A stretch of 64,000 nucleotides of DNA from Octopus sinensis (lineage: Eukaryota): positions 72,664,001-72,728,000 of the forward strand of contig NC_043002.1 in assembly GCF_006345805.1 (NCBI RefSeq), written 5' to 3'. Each line of letters opens with the position of its first letter. The stretch's first letter is position 1. Of this stretch, positions 35,681 to 48,945 are shown piece by piece. The notes beneath the pieces were generated by a model that was not told the DNA's origin, did no database searches, and was given only the letters and a program-made list of their open reading frames with translations. The position numbers and the translations under genes were made by a program.

Positions 35681-36524
35681 ACAGATGCAGTCAGAATCAC
35701 AGCTTGGTAGTCTCTGTTGCAGCTGTCCATGTCATGTCTTACAGTGTTCGCAGAGCTGTAATATTGATGACAAGTATTGTTGTTGCTACTGGTCTTGTTC
35801 TTGCTTTGATGCTATTGTTAATGGTCAGTATGGTGGCAGGTATGACAGTGGTGGTGGTTATGGTGGTAGTAGTGGTACAGCTATTGCTCCTGTTGCAGCT
35901 TTTGATGATGATGATGATGACGACGACAGCAGTGGTGGTGGGGGGGCATCAGCGGCGGCAGCGGTGAGGAGGGGGGAGGAGAAGGAGGACGACGACAACA
36001 ATGACGACAATAGCAACAAAAACAAACATTATTTTCATTTAAGGTTATGGAAAAGGTTATTTTCTACTGGCCATTTCTTTTGATAGGAAGTTCATCTATT
36101 TTACTTTTACAAGTTTCTAAGAAACTGTCTTTGCAAACTATCTCTAAAAGGCACAAAACGCTGCTTGTTGAACAACCATTCTCTATAAGATAGCTTTGCA
36201 GTTTATAATTAGCTTTTAAATAATACTGGTGGGAATTCCAGAGAAATAGAATACAATCCTGGAAATTCCTGATTCAATCTTTAACTAAATTTCCCCAAGA
36301 ATTCCCCTTTGCATTTCAACCAAATGTCTCAGGAATTTAGAACTCTGGAATCCCAGTGGAGAAACTCTAATATATACACACTACACATACGCACAAAAGT
36401 ATTTCAGGAATGCATAAGCACATAAGTATATACATACAAACAATTTTATTCACGTATACAAGTAAGTACATACACACTCATAAATACAAGTATATTTGCT
36501 CATATATAAACATGCATGGCTATA

Positions 36525-38052
36525 GCCTAGTCACCCGTATAGTTAACCAGGTGATACACGAAGGAGTCATACCCAATGACTGGTGTAGCAGCATAATAGT
36601 CAACTGCTACAAAGGTAAAGGTGACGCCCTAGATACAAATAACTACAGGGGTATCAAGCTGCTGGATCAGGTAATGAAGGTTACGGAGAGGGTTATAGCC
36701 CAACTAATTAGAGAGAGAGTTAGCTTAGATGAGATGCTGTTTGGGTTCGTGCCAGGGAAAAGTACTACTGATGCTATATTCCTGGTAAGACAGCTGCAGG
36801 AGAAATACCTAGCCAAAGATAAGCCCCTGTACCTGGCTTTTGTTGACATGGAGAAAGCCTTCAACAGGGTCCCCCAATCCCTTATCTGGTGGTCAATGAG
36901 GAAACTAGGGATAGATGAATGGTTAGTGAGAGCTGTGCGAGCCATGTACAGAGACGCTGCTAGTAAGGTGAGGGTTGGCAACGAGTACAGTGAAGAATTC
37001 CGGGTAGAGGTTGGGGTCCACCAAGGTTCAGTCCTCAGTCCCCTCCAATTTATCATAGTCCTCCGGGCAATAACGGAGGAATTCAAGATAGGATGCCCCT
37101 GGGAGCTCCTCTATGCTGATGACCTTGCTCTAATTGCTGAGTCTCTATCAGAACTGGAGGAGAAGTTTCAGGTGTGGAAGCAATGTTTAGAATCGAAGGG
37201 CCTTAGAATCAACCTAGCCAAAACCAAAGTCCTAATAAGTAGGAAGGTAGACCAATCACAAACGCCTTCAGGTAGATGGCCCTGCTCGATATGTAAAAAA
37301 GGCATAGGTAGAAACTCTATAAGGTGCACCAAGTGTAAGCTATGGACACATAAGAGGTGTAGCAATGTCAAAGGAAGGCTAACTAGGAAAATAGTTTTTG
37401 TCTGTGGCAGATGCTCAGGAGCAATAAACGCTGAAAATGTGAAGAGACCAACTTCTACCACGTTCCAGGGAGAAAAACTAGAAGTAGTTGATAGCTTCCG
37501 CTACCTAGGTGACCAAGTCAGTAGCGGGGGTGGGTGTGCTGAAAGTGTAACTGCTAGAGTAAGAATAGCCTGGGCAAAGTTTAGAGAGCTCTTACCCCTG
37601 CTGGTGACAAAAGGCCTCTCGCTCAGAGTAAAAGGCAGACTGTATGATGCATGTGTACGTACAGCCATGCTACATGGTAGTGAAACATGGAGGATATGCG
37701 TAAGCTCACAAGAAATGAAGCCAGTATGCTCCGATGGATGTGTAGTGTCAGTGTTCATAATCGACAGAGTGTAAGTACCTTGAGAGAAAAGTTGGACCTA
37801 AGAAGCATCAGTTGTGGTGTGCAAGAGAGACGTTTGCACTGGTATGGTCATGTGACGAGAATGGCTGAAGATAGTTGTGTGCAAAAGTGCCACACCCTAG
37901 CAGTTGAGGGAACCTGTGGAAGAGGTAGACCCAGGAAAACCTGGGACGAGGTGATGAAGCATGACCTTCGAACTTTAGGTCTCACCAAGGAAATGACTAG
38001 AGACCGAGACCTATGGAAGTATGCTGTGCGTGAGAAGACGCGGCAAGACTAG
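36525..38052 (+). mobile_element. RTE-clade LINE, 5'-truncated RT with an internal PHD-like zinc finger; 3' UTR absent
   Basis: NYRGIKLL, FGFVPGKSTTDAIF, FVDMEKAF, GVHQGSVLSP, LYADD, C4HC3 motif at 37277-37414, LHGSETW, WYGHV..GRGRPRKTW; one frameshift near 37690. Confidence 0.93.
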
Positions 38053-38118
38053 TGGTCACAAATTTCAGTATTCAGTACAAGATAGCTTTTAACAAGCTTT
38101 TATTTATACGATTTTTTC

Positions 38119-38158
38119 ATTTCATGTTTATTTCATTCATTGTCTGCAATGTTCTTTA

Positions 38159-38232
<74 letters not shown>
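38119..38232. repeat. (TC)n microsatellite
   Basis: Directly visible. Confidence 0.98.
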
Positions 38233-38237
<5 letters not shown>

Positions 38238-39009
38238 CTCTCTAATATAAACATACACTCTGTCTCTGTAATATAAACACACATGCACTCCAGGTTTGAT
38301 TTCATTATTACTCAAATATCACATTAGAATTTTGCAATTCAATGTAAAATACCATAAAAATTATTAGAATTGAGAATCAAATGTGAAAATATCAAATGGC
38401 TAGTAGAAAACTGCCTGGAGGGTGGCCTTTTTGCTAGTAATGATGATAAAAGTGATGAGGATGATGATGAGAGAGGCACAGAGAGAGAGAATGAAAGAGA
38501 GGGAGACAGGGAGAGAAAGAGGCAGAGAGAGTAGAGCATTCTATCATAGTTTCATTTAATACCTAATTAATTACAGCATTAATTATTTTTGCAATATATT
38601 TCCCCAGTAAAAAGAACTAAAAAAAACCCTGACTGATCCAAATCAATTTTTTATGAAATTTCCAAGATTTTAACAACTTTATTCACCAGACTATGAAACA
38701 ACAATTCATTATTGATGGCCTTCATAAATCTTGCTGGGTTTCAATGGAAATATCATGAGTAATAAGCTTGATAATAAATAATACATAATAAGCCTTGCGG
38801 CCCTCAGGCTGGTCATACTTAATTAACAAGACTTCTTTAGATTGTGATAAGCTGAACAGGATATATCTTTAAGCTATAAATATTGATGGATCATCTCTGG
38901 CTAATTAAAGATCTGAATAATTGAAGTTATTGATTTCTGATTTAATGAAGGCTGATACACACACACACACATACATACACACACATATAATAATAATAGA
39001 TATATCATC

Positions 39010-39590
39010 ATCACCATTGTTTAACGTCCGCTTTCCATGCTAGAATGGGTTGGATGATTTGACTGAGGACTGGCATGCTAGATGGCTGCACCAGTCTCCA
39101 ATCTTGATCTGGCAGAGTTTCTACAGCGGGATGCCCTTCCTAATGCCAACCACTCCAAGAGTGTAGTGGGTGCTTTTACGTGCCACCGGCATAAGAGCCA
39201 GTCTGGCGGTAATGGCAACGACCACATTCAAATGGTGTTTTTTTCATGCCACCTGCACAGGAGCCAGTCCTGCGGCACTGGTAATGACCTTGCTCGAACG
39301 TGTTTTCACATTCCACTGGCACAAGTGCCAGTAAGGCGACGCTGTTAACGATCACGCTCAAATGGTGCTTTTTACATGCTACTGGCATGGAAGCCAGTTA
39401 GCTGCTCTTGCAACGATCATGCTCGGATGGTGCTCTTAGCACTCCACTAGCATGGATGCTAGTCATCGAATTTGATTTCGATTTCACTTACCTCAACAGG
39501 TCTTCGCAAGCAGAGTTTAGTGTCCAATGAAGGAAAGGTATGCATAAGTGGGCTGGTTACACCCCTGGCATAGGCCACGAGGTTCAGGAC
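39010..39590 (-). mobile_element. RTE 3' UTR fragment with tandem units
   Basis: Same tail and gtgccaccggcac-type units on the minus strand. Confidence 0.85.
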
Positions 39591-39770
39591 ATCACCAATT
39601 GTGCAAACAATATGAAATACATAAACAAACGAGTTAAATGCATAAACAACAAGAAAAATATGGAAAACAGGACATGTAAACACAGAGAAAGGACCCTTCA
39701 TCAGTTGTCGGCAGAGAAAGAACTCTTGATCAGTTGTCAGCTGTCTATCTACTCTTCATATACTTACATG

Positions 39771-39840
<70 letters not shown>

Positions 39841-39869
39841 GTATGTATGTATGTATGTATGTATCATTA

Positions 39870-40170
39870 TCCTCATCATTTAATGTCCATTGTCCATGCT
39901 GGCATGGGTTGGACAGTTTGACTAGGGCTGGTAAGCTGGAAGGCTGCACCAGACTACAGCCTGATTTGGCATGGTTTTCTATAGCTGGATGCTCTTCCCA
40001 ATGCCAACCACTCCTAGAGTGTAATGGGTGTTTTTACGTGCCACTGGCATGGGTGTCATTTGCATGATACTGGTATCTGCCATGACTGCAATTTTGCTTG
40101 GCTTGATGGATATTTATCTCAAGCACAACATAATGCCAAAGGACTCATAGCCTCCATGAGGCCCAACTGT
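39870..40170 (-). mobile_element. RTE 3' UTR fragment
   Basis: catgctggcatgggttggacag..gatgctcttcccaatgccaacc tail. Confidence 0.8.
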
Positions 40171-40199
40171 TTTTCAAGTCTTCTGATGTTATCTGCTTT

Positions 40200-41220
40200 A
40201 TGTATGTAAACTTGGTCAAGGGATGCACTTTAATACTTGGTGGTTAAAAGATGTTGCCAAAGGGATATAAAGTAGTCTGGATAGATGTTAAGCCTCTGTT
40301 GCCTTGCTTTCATTTTAGGTAGGGGTGATCTACATTAACATTTATGTGAAAATCATTTGTGCTGGTCAGTATCTTCTGAGTTTTCACATCAACGGCTCAG
40401 ATCTCATCAAATGTCCAATTAAGTATCCCAAATATTGATATGACTATCAGTAGTGCAAACACATTGTGGGCCACTGTTTTATTGAATGCAGAAATTTCCA
40501 AGGCCCATATTTTTCTTACCCAGCTGTATTATTCTTTGGTGACATATTTCTTGCTACAGATACCAACGTATGATATATTTTCATCTAACCCTAGATTCCT
40601 GTATCATTCCTCATCAGATATAAGAGAATCAGTCAAGTCATTAATGGAGATGTTGCTAATCTGGTTTACAGTTTTCTCTCATTTCCAACGATACAGGACC
40701 ATTTATCCTCACCAAATTCCAACTCTATATTCTTTAAGAATGTTGTAACATGCTCAAGGCTCTTTTTTGTTTCATGCATAGTCCAGACATACAGCTTCAA
40801 GTCATCCTCAAAGAAGCAGTGTGTAATTTTGCTATTTTTATCTCCTTGTGAACTAGTGAGATACCTTTGAGATTTCCTCAGCATAAATGATAAGGGGTTT
40901 ACTGGAAGTATGAACAGCACCATAGAGAAGCCATCCACTTGGAATATACCTCTGCACTACTGTATTTTATCAGTGATAATGCAATCATTCCTTATATATA
41001 TTTCCAAGATAGTGGCCCATGAGGAAGTCAGATCAGCTATGGCTTTGACTATGCTTGCTGGAACTTTAGCAAGTAGATGGATTCTAATATCCGCAAGTGA
41101 AGGTTTGAGCCAAAGGTTTTCCTATAGTCCTCTGACATTATAGTTTTGTTTATCAACAATTACTTGGTACATTCTCAAACTCACTTCTCAGCTACTTGTT
41201 CTGCTGTGATGATGTTATTA
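40200..41220 (-). mobile_element. RLE-type (R4/Dong-like) LINE RT fragment, decayed
   Basis: LFILPVNPLSF..KITHCFFEDDLKLY..IELEFGEDKW corresponds to RT domains 4-6. Confidence 0.7.
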
Positions 41221-41252
41221 CTTGGAGGAATTGGTTTAAACACTTCTGTATA

Positions 41253-41766
41253 TCTATATATATAAAACTGTAGTTGTGTGAGTGTCTGTCCCCTTCGATT
41301 TAGATTCCTAACTACTTCCACATTTTGCGGTGCAGTTTAACCAAATTCGGGTATCTTATAGTCGTGATTCATATCGAGCCCGTCTGAGTATTTAGCGCGC
41401 GTCTACGATGAGTCTACGATTTAAAAAATAATTTAACATCATTTTTTATTCCATTTTAATGCATAATTTTTCGTGTGTTGATGGCGGCGGAGTTGGCGTC
41501 CATGGTCACACCTGCACCTGTTTGCTTCTCCCCCTTCTTCCCTCCCTCGTGAAGCTGTGGGGAAGGGAGTGTAAGGAAATCAACGTCGTAAAGCGTTGTC
41601 AAGGAGACCAGGGTTCTTTTAGAACAACGACTTCATGGCTTGAAGACACCAAAACAGAAATGGCTAAGAAAGCCCGAATTGGCATCTATAAGGGAAGTAA
41701 CTCTCTAAAAATGCTTATATAGTTATTTCCCTTACAAACCCGAGCAACACCGGGCGATACTGCTAG
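41253..41766 (+). mobile_element. Non-autonomous Helitron-like element
   Basis: A|TCTATATA...cccgagcaacaccggg...CTAG|T. Confidence 0.75.
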
Positions 41767-42267
41767 TATTTTATACATTAAATTCTGACCTTCAATTAGT
41801 TGATAGTTTTTTGCCACATGGTTCTGCTTTTGGGGATCAGTTTTGTCTTTGCCAGAGATAACCAGTGTGATATGCAACTATTCCCATTAAGAGCTTACTA
41901 GTACAGATTGATAAGATTTGGTTGACAGAAGACTAGCTCACCAGTGTCCAACATTCGAGTCCCTTCCTGGTGTTTTACTATCCTGAAGGTTTTAATTCTC
42001 GCTAGTTTCAGAAATATTTCAGTGGTTGCTAAAAGCATGATAAATAATTTCTGAATTTGTGTGTGTGAAAGGTGGAGGGAGGCAGATATATAGAGAGCAT
42101 GTGAAAGAAAAAAACAAAATGTGAGAAATTTGAGGTAAAAATTAGGCAACAGAAGTTTATCTAAATAGTAATGTCAGCTGGTAATTAGGTCAAACTTTAA
42201 GATCACTATTACAGTATTACTCCTTATTTATCTCTGAAATAGGAAAGATTTCTAAAATGAATTTTAA

Positions 42268-42489
42268 CCCTTTCGTTACCAACCCGGCTGAAACCAGCTC
42301 TGGCTCTGTAGTACAAATGTCTTGTTTCCATAAGTTTTGAATTAAATTCTTCCACCAAACCTTAGTCATAATTTATGTTCCTAACACCAGCTTAATGATA
42401 ACTAAGTTATTTTATAAAATTCTTTGTTTTATTTAAAGTAATTGAAAAAAAATACAGAGCATCTCAAAATAAATACAGTAATGAAAGGG
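42268..42489. mobile_element. piggyBac-like MITE
   Basis: TTAA|CCCTTTCGTTAC ... GTAATGAAAGGG|TTAA. Confidence 0.8.
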
Positions 42490-42504
42490 TTAACCCATTT
42501 AATA

Positions 42505-42810
42505 CCAACCCACCAAAGCCTTGTGAGTGGATTTGGTAGACGGAAACTGAAAGAAGCCTGTCGTGTATATGTACATATATGTGTAAGTGTGTGTATATGT
42601 TTGTGTGTCTGTGTTTGTCCCCCCACCATCGCTTGACAACCGATGCTGGTGTGTTTACTTCCCCGTAACTTAGCGGTTCGGCAAAAAGAGATCGATCGAA
42701 TAAGTACTAGGTTTACAAAGGATAAGTCCTGGAGTCGATTTGCTTGATTAAAGGTGGTGCTCCAGCATGGCCACAGTCAAATGAATGAAACAAGTAAAAG
42801 AGTAAAAATC
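42505..42810 (+). mobile_element. SINE family A (5'-truncated)
   Basis: Family consensus blocks and tail. Confidence 0.9.
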
Positions 42811-43239
42811 TGAAAAAAACTTTTGGCTAAACCTGGTGTATGTATAGAAATGCATATGTGTGTGAGTGTGTGTTTATGTTTCCTTGTCCTGATAGTTGTG
42901 GACAAGCAGTATCCTTCATTTCCAATGGCAATGTTTGAATTAAAGTCAGAACATCATCAAATACACCAAGCAGTAAAACAGATAGCAGATGAAGGTGTAA
43001 GGATTACTTGGCTGAGAACAATGCAGAGAGGAAGAGGAGCTCGTGACTTGATGAAGACTAAAACAGAAGCACAAAATAAACAAGGCTATTGAGAATAAGC
43101 AGAGACCCTTTACATCAAGATGTAGTGCAGGTAATGATAGTAAATAGTAAATGTAACCAATAAATCATCAAAGAAATTACTTTTATAATTGAAGCTGTTA
43201 CATTTCTAGCCACATAACTATGAAGTTTTTCAGTTAAAT

Positions 43240-43490
43240 TGACAGTTATATGTAATGTGAGAACGCACTGGCCTAGTGGTTAGGTAGTTACATTAACAAT
43301 TGCAAGATTGAGGTTTCAATTCCTAGACCAGGTGGTGCAATGAGTTCTCGAGCAAAACACTTCATTTCACACTGCTCTGCAATCATTTCAACACGTGACA
43401 CAGTGTGCCCCTGTTCAAACCTCATCAATTCAATGGAGAAAGTGAGCTAATGTACAGTACATACTTTTGATCACCATAAACAAATCATTT
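43240..43490 (+). mobile_element. tRNA-derived SINE (family C), decayed
   Basis: tggcctagtggttagg A-box, gtttcaattcc B-box, tcgagcaaaacacttcatttcac core; related to 53865-54215. Confidence 0.65.
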
Positions 43491-44089
43491 GTGCAGGTCA
43501 TTTGGCAAAAACTGAACAATCATACATCATTTTCGATGGGTGAGTCTATCATGTTAAGTAATGACATCTGTAATAGAGAGAGTATAAGTTATAGAGTAAA
43601 GTTTAATTCATTTATTATCACAACAGTCTGTCTTTCCTTCAGCCATATTTCCATACTTCATAAATTATCTTCAGTAGTATTTTGTAATCTAATGTATATA
43701 TTCTGATAACAAAGGTTAATAATTAAGAATAAGATTACATAGGGAACATAAAAGATGTTATTTTTAAAAGTCCTGTGAAAGTTTCATGGGAAAATATAGC
43801 TTATAGCAAGCAGAACAGTATTTTAATTTTAAATTTGTTTTTGTTGCTGACAAAGAACTACTAAGACACAGCAATGTTTCAAGACAAATTAAAGTTTTTA
43901 AAAGATCATATAAGGGTTTCTTTAAGCTAGTAACAGCCCCATTTCTTTGGATAGGAACTTAATAATCAACTGTGTGAAGACCCAATAAATAAAGTGAGTT
44001 CATGGCTGTATCCAACACCAGCTTCACACAACCAGCCCCAGCCCATTCAAAGTACTTTGGATCACAGGACGGCCTGCTGTACTTACCTT

Positions 44090-44505
44090 GGATTGTGGGG
44101 CGACTTGCTGTGCTTGAGGAGACCTATTGAATCAAGTACATCAACATCAAAATAAAAATCAAATGGAAATTGTAGTTGTGATACCCATGCCGGTGGCACG
44201 TAAAAAACACCATCTGAACGTGGCCGATGCCAGCTCCGCCCTGGCTGGCTTCCATGCCGGTGGCACATAAAAAGCACCAACCAATCGTGGCTGTGCCAGC
44301 CTCCTCTGGCCCCTGTGCCGGTGGCATGTAAAAAGCACCCACTACACTCACGGAATGGTTGGTGTTAGGAAGGGCATCCAGCTATAGAAATGCTGCCAGA
44401 TCAGACTGGGCCTGGTGCAGCCTCCTGGCTTCCCAGACCCCAGTCGAACCGTCCAACCCATGCTAGCATGGAAAACGGACGTTAAACGATAATGATGATG
44501 ATGAC
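44090..44505 (+). mobile_element. RTE 3' UTR fragment with tandem units
   Basis: Three (c)atgccggtggca units and the canonical tail ending in (gat)n. Confidence 0.88.
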
Positions 44506-44654
44506 TTGGTCCATTCTGCTAGACAGACAATGCTTCCCATTATACTCTTGTTCCTTCTGTCTTTCCTCCTATTCTGCTCCTTCTGGTATCATTGTTCTTT
44601 CTCTCTGGCATCAAATGATGATGATGATGATCTCCTTAGCCACATGAATAAATG

Positions 44655-45080
44655 TACCTACCAAGTGTGGCTGTGTGGTGAGAAGTTTGCCTCCCAGCTA
44701 CATGGTTCTGAGTTCAGTCCCACTGCGTGGCACTTTGGGCAAGTGTCTTCTACTAAAGCCTTAGGCCAACCAAAGCCTTGTGAGTGGATTTGGTTGATGG
44801 AAACTGAAAGAAGCCTATTGTGTGTGTGTGTATGTGTGCGTGTGTGTGCACGTGCGCATGCACAAGTGTATGTCTTTGTTGGTCCCCCATCACCAGCTGA
44901 CAACAGGTGTTGATGTATTTACAGCCTCATAACTTAGCAGTTTGGCATGAGACCGATAGAATAGGCACCAGGCTTTAAAGAAAAATAAATGCTGGGTTCA
45001 TTTCATTCAATTAAATCCTTGAAGGTTTTGCCCCATCACGGCCACAGCATAATGGCTGAAATAAATAAAAGTAAAAGACT
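44655..45080 (+). mobile_element. SINE family A, decayed
   Basis: gtggctgtgtggtgagaag head to gtaaaag tail. Confidence 0.85.
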
Positions 45081-45479
45081 TTCATTACACTCTGCATTTA
45101 CATTTACTCCCCTACCCTCACCTTTCTCTATTAACTATTTCTGGCTTTTCGCTTGTCATAGATCCCTTTCCAAATTTACATTTAACCAATCAACTAATCA
45201 TTTGATTATTCACTCAGTCAGACAAATAGATTTGTCAAAGTCCTTTCATTGCCACTTGTAACCTCATCAACAACATGTCTTCTCTACTCTGGGTCTGCTT
45301 CAGATCTATCTCTTGTGCAAAGATAGAAGAATCTTGCAAACTGAAGACATATATGAAATGCAAGAGTAATTCCAGAAGTTTTAAGACTCTCTCAGGAGAG
45401 GCAGTTATAATTGTCTTAGATTATTGCAATTTTAGTATATCATTATTATACATCTAATAAGCTGACATGTCAACTTTTG

Positions 45480-45880
45480 TCATTCCAGATAGGAGACAGC
45501 TGTAACGGCACTTTGAACACACCCTGTTCAACATTGCTTGTCACAATTCCATCCAAGTAATCAACCATTTCACAGAGATGGGCAACAAAACAGTTCTTCA
45601 GCTTCCCTATAGTCCAAACCTCTCTCCCTGTGGCTTGCGGCCATTCCCCAAGCTGAAGGGAAACCTCAGGTGTAGTCGTTTTGAAGACATTGAAAAGATG
45701 AAGTAACAAGAACTAACAAGATGTAACAAGAGCCATGGACACCTTCACAAAGTGGCTCGAGCGCCACAACAAACACACAGTGAAATCAGACGATCCTACT
45801 TTGAAGAAGATTTTGTACATATTTGAATTTAATAAATGTCTCTCCTGAAAATATCGCAAAACTTCTGGAATGCGCCTTGT
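45480..45880 (+). mobile_element. mariner transposase C-terminal remnant
   Basis: TVLQLPYSPNLSPCGLRPFPKLK (YSPDLAPxDF motif) and KWLER..YFEED. Confidence 0.75.
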
Positions 45881-46669
45881 TTAAGTATTATATCAGTCAA
45901 AACAGATGAAATAGTTTCGATCATATGTCTGAACAATTACGATACCGATAAAGTCCTAGTATACCTGTTGGTCCAGTACGGCTGAATGGTTAAGGCATTC
46001 GCTTCCCAACTGTGAGGTCTTGCTTTCAATCCCAGTGTAAAATTTCGAATAAATGCTTATTATCTTTTTATGGCCTTCGGTTTACCCATAATTAACGAAA
46101 TTGGTTAGATAGACACTGTAATTAAAAGGGGCCGCCAGCCAAATGTTCATTTAATGAAGAGGTATTTCAGTTGACCTAACAAGAACGATGGGGATAATAT
46201 CGAGTATATCTTACGCTTTTTAACAATGAGTTAAAGGGACTTAACTACAATAATTGTGCAACAGTTATCTCCCCTGTTAACCATACAAATTTTTACAAAA
46301 ATTCCATTATCTTTTAATGTCCGTTGGCAGGGGTTGGACGGTTTGACCAGGGTTGAGAAGCTGATGGGCTGCACTCGACTCCAGTTTGATTTGGCACCGT
46401 TTCAACGGCTAGATGCCCTTCCTAATGCCAACCACTCCGAGAATTTAATAGGTGCTATTACATGCCAGTTGCATGACACCAGTGTCCACCCCAACTTCGA
46501 TTTCACTTGGCTTGATGGGTCTTCTTCTCAAGCACGACATAATGCCAAAGGTCTTGGTCATTTGTCATTGCCTCTGGTGTTATGTCCGCTTATATACATG
46601 CAAGGACATGTGAAAAACATGGTACAAAAATCATTATTCACTCTAACCAATTTTGACATAAGGCCAGCG

Positions 46670-46835
46670 GGTTTAAGGGAGGGTCTGAGTCGATGATTAA
46701 ATCGACCCCAGTGCTTATTTTATAGACCCCCAAAAGGATGAAAGGCAAAGTAAACTCAGCAGAACTTGAACTCAGAACGTATAGATGGACGAAATGCCAC
46801 TAAGCATTTCAACCAGCATGCTAACAATTCTGCTA
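46670..46835 (-). mobile_element. SINE family B, decayed
   Basis: gatgaaaggcaaagt..gaactcagaacg. Confidence 0.8.
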
Positions 46836-47199
46836 CTCACAGCAATCATTTTAAATTTAATATTACTAACCAAGCACTTTGGAGAGTAATATTACTATTA
46901 GTGCTGGTGAATTTTGTGTGATTTAAGGGAGATTTAGCTGATGTTTTTAGCACATCTCATGACCACCTGATACCGTCCTCATTTCTTTGTCGCTCTGACA
47001 TGTATTGATGTTTTTCAATATTTTTCTCCCCATAAACACACTAATGGTCCATTGCTGGGTAGCAACAAAAATTTGGACTGTCTGTAATTTAAACTTTGAT
47101 GTAAAAAAAAAAAAAAAACGACAAAGAGCAGAGCTTTTAAGATTTATGGTGAAAGTGGGTTAAAAATTAGACAAAAACTCCCTTTAGACCATACACAAA

Positions 47200-48945
47200 T
47201 TTTTTTTTTTCCACGTCTCTGTACTTGGTTTTTGTTGAGTTGGAGAAAGCCTTCAACAGGGTTCTCTGATCCCTTATCTGGTGGTCAATGCAGAAACTGG
47301 GGATAGACAAGTGGCTGGTAAGAGATGTACAAGCCCTGAACAGGGATGCTGTCCATAAGATGAGGGTTGGCAACGAGTATAGTGAAGAATTCCAAGTAGA
47401 GCTAAGGATCCACCAAGGATCAGTCCACAGCCCCCTCTTATTCATTATAGTCCTCCATGAAATAACAGAGGAAGTCAAGACAGGCTGCTCCTGGGAGCTC
47501 CTCTATGCTGATGACCTTGCTCTAATAGCTGAGTCACTGCCAGAACTGAGATAAAGTTTAGGGTGTGGAAGCAAGGTCTAGAATCGAAGGACCTTGGAGT
47601 TAACCTAGCCAAATCCAAAGTCTTAGTAAGTAGGAAGGCTGTCAAATCACGACCCATTTCAGGTAGATAGCCCTGCTCGATCTGTAGAAAGGTGTGGGTA
47701 GAAACTCCATACGATGTACCCAGTGTAAGCTATGGACACATAAAAGGTGCCACAATATCAAAGGAAGGTTAACCAGGAAAATAGTTTTTGTGTGTGGCAG
47801 ATGCACTGGGACAATAAACACTGAAGATGTACAGAAAACAGATTCCATCACATACCAGGGAGAGAAACTAGAAGCTAATAGCTTCTGCTACCTAGGCGAC
47901 CAAATCTGTAGTGGGGGTAGTTGCTCTGAAAGTGTAGCGATTAGAGTAAGAATAGCCTGGGCAAAGTTCAGGGAGCACCTACCTCTGCTGGCAGCTAAGG
48001 GCCTCACACTCAGGGTGAAAGGTAGACTGTATGATGCATGTGTGTGAACTGCCATGCTACACGGCATTGAAACATTGGCCATGCTGAGGACATGTGTAGG
48101 CTTGAAAGAAATGAAGCTAATATGATCCGCTGGATATATACTGTTAGTGTGCATACACGACAGAGTGTAAGTGCCCTGAGAGAAAAGTTGGACATAAGAA
48201 GAATCAAATGTTGTGTGCAAGAGAGGCAACTGCGCTGGTATGGCCATGTGTTACGTATGAATGAAGACAGCTGTATGAGGAAGTGCCACTTCCTAACTGT
48301 AGAAGGAACCTGTGGAAGAGGTAGACCCAAGAAAACATGGGATGAGGTGGTGAAGCATGACCTTTGAACATTAAGCCTCACAGAGGCAATGACAGGAGAC
48401 CGGGACCTTTAGAGATATGCTGTGATTGAGAAAACTCAGCAACTAAAGTGAGATCGCAGCCATGCATGTCCAACCCTGTTAAGAATACCCCTGATGTGTT
48501 GGGCAATATGATATGCTTGAGAAGACCTGTTGAGTCAAGTAAAACCAATATCATAGCAGGGTCCAGCATCCCCTGACTGGCTCCTGTGCTGGTGGTACAT
48601 AAAACGCACCAACCAAACGTGGCCAATGCCAGTACCCACAGACTGGCTCCTGTGCCGGTAGTACATAAAACGCACCAACCAAATGTGGCCAATGCCAGTA
48701 CCCACAGACTGACTCCCATCCAAATGTGGTCAATACCAGGTCCACCTGACTGGCTCCCATGCCGGTGGCATGTAAAAAGTACCCATTACACTCTCAGAGT
48801 AGTTGGCATTAGGAAGGGAATCCAGCTGTAGAAACTTTGCCAGATCAAATTGGAGCCTGGTGCTCTCCAGACCTTGGCCAAACCGTCCAACCCATGCCTG
48901 CATGGAAAACAGATGTTAATTGATGATAATGATAATGATGATAAT
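47200..48945 (+). mobile_element. RTE-clade LINE (same family as 36525-38052), decayed, with attached 3' UTR and tail
   Basis: IHQGSV, LYADD, the same C4HC3 insert (about 47665-47810), WYGHV..GRGRPKKTW, then tandem 3' UTR units and a (gat)n tail. Links the scattered tail fragments to this LINE. Confidence 0.9.

Noticed and set aside
35661-36083. 140-aa Gly/Asp-rich ORF
   Set aside because: Built from (GGT)/(GAT)/(GAC) low-complexity runs.
39698-39740. Minus-strand GACAA-CTGATGA-AGGGTCC and a near-duplicate
   Set aside because: GAAA half-core and stem I/III partners are absent; at most a truncated relic.
42897-42997. Possible coding exon VVDKQYPSFPMAMFELKSEHHQ..; also 31256-31293 (+) and 51139-51207 (-)
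   Set aside because: Splice-like flanks only; no homology recognised and no consistent gene model. RNA-seq would be needed.
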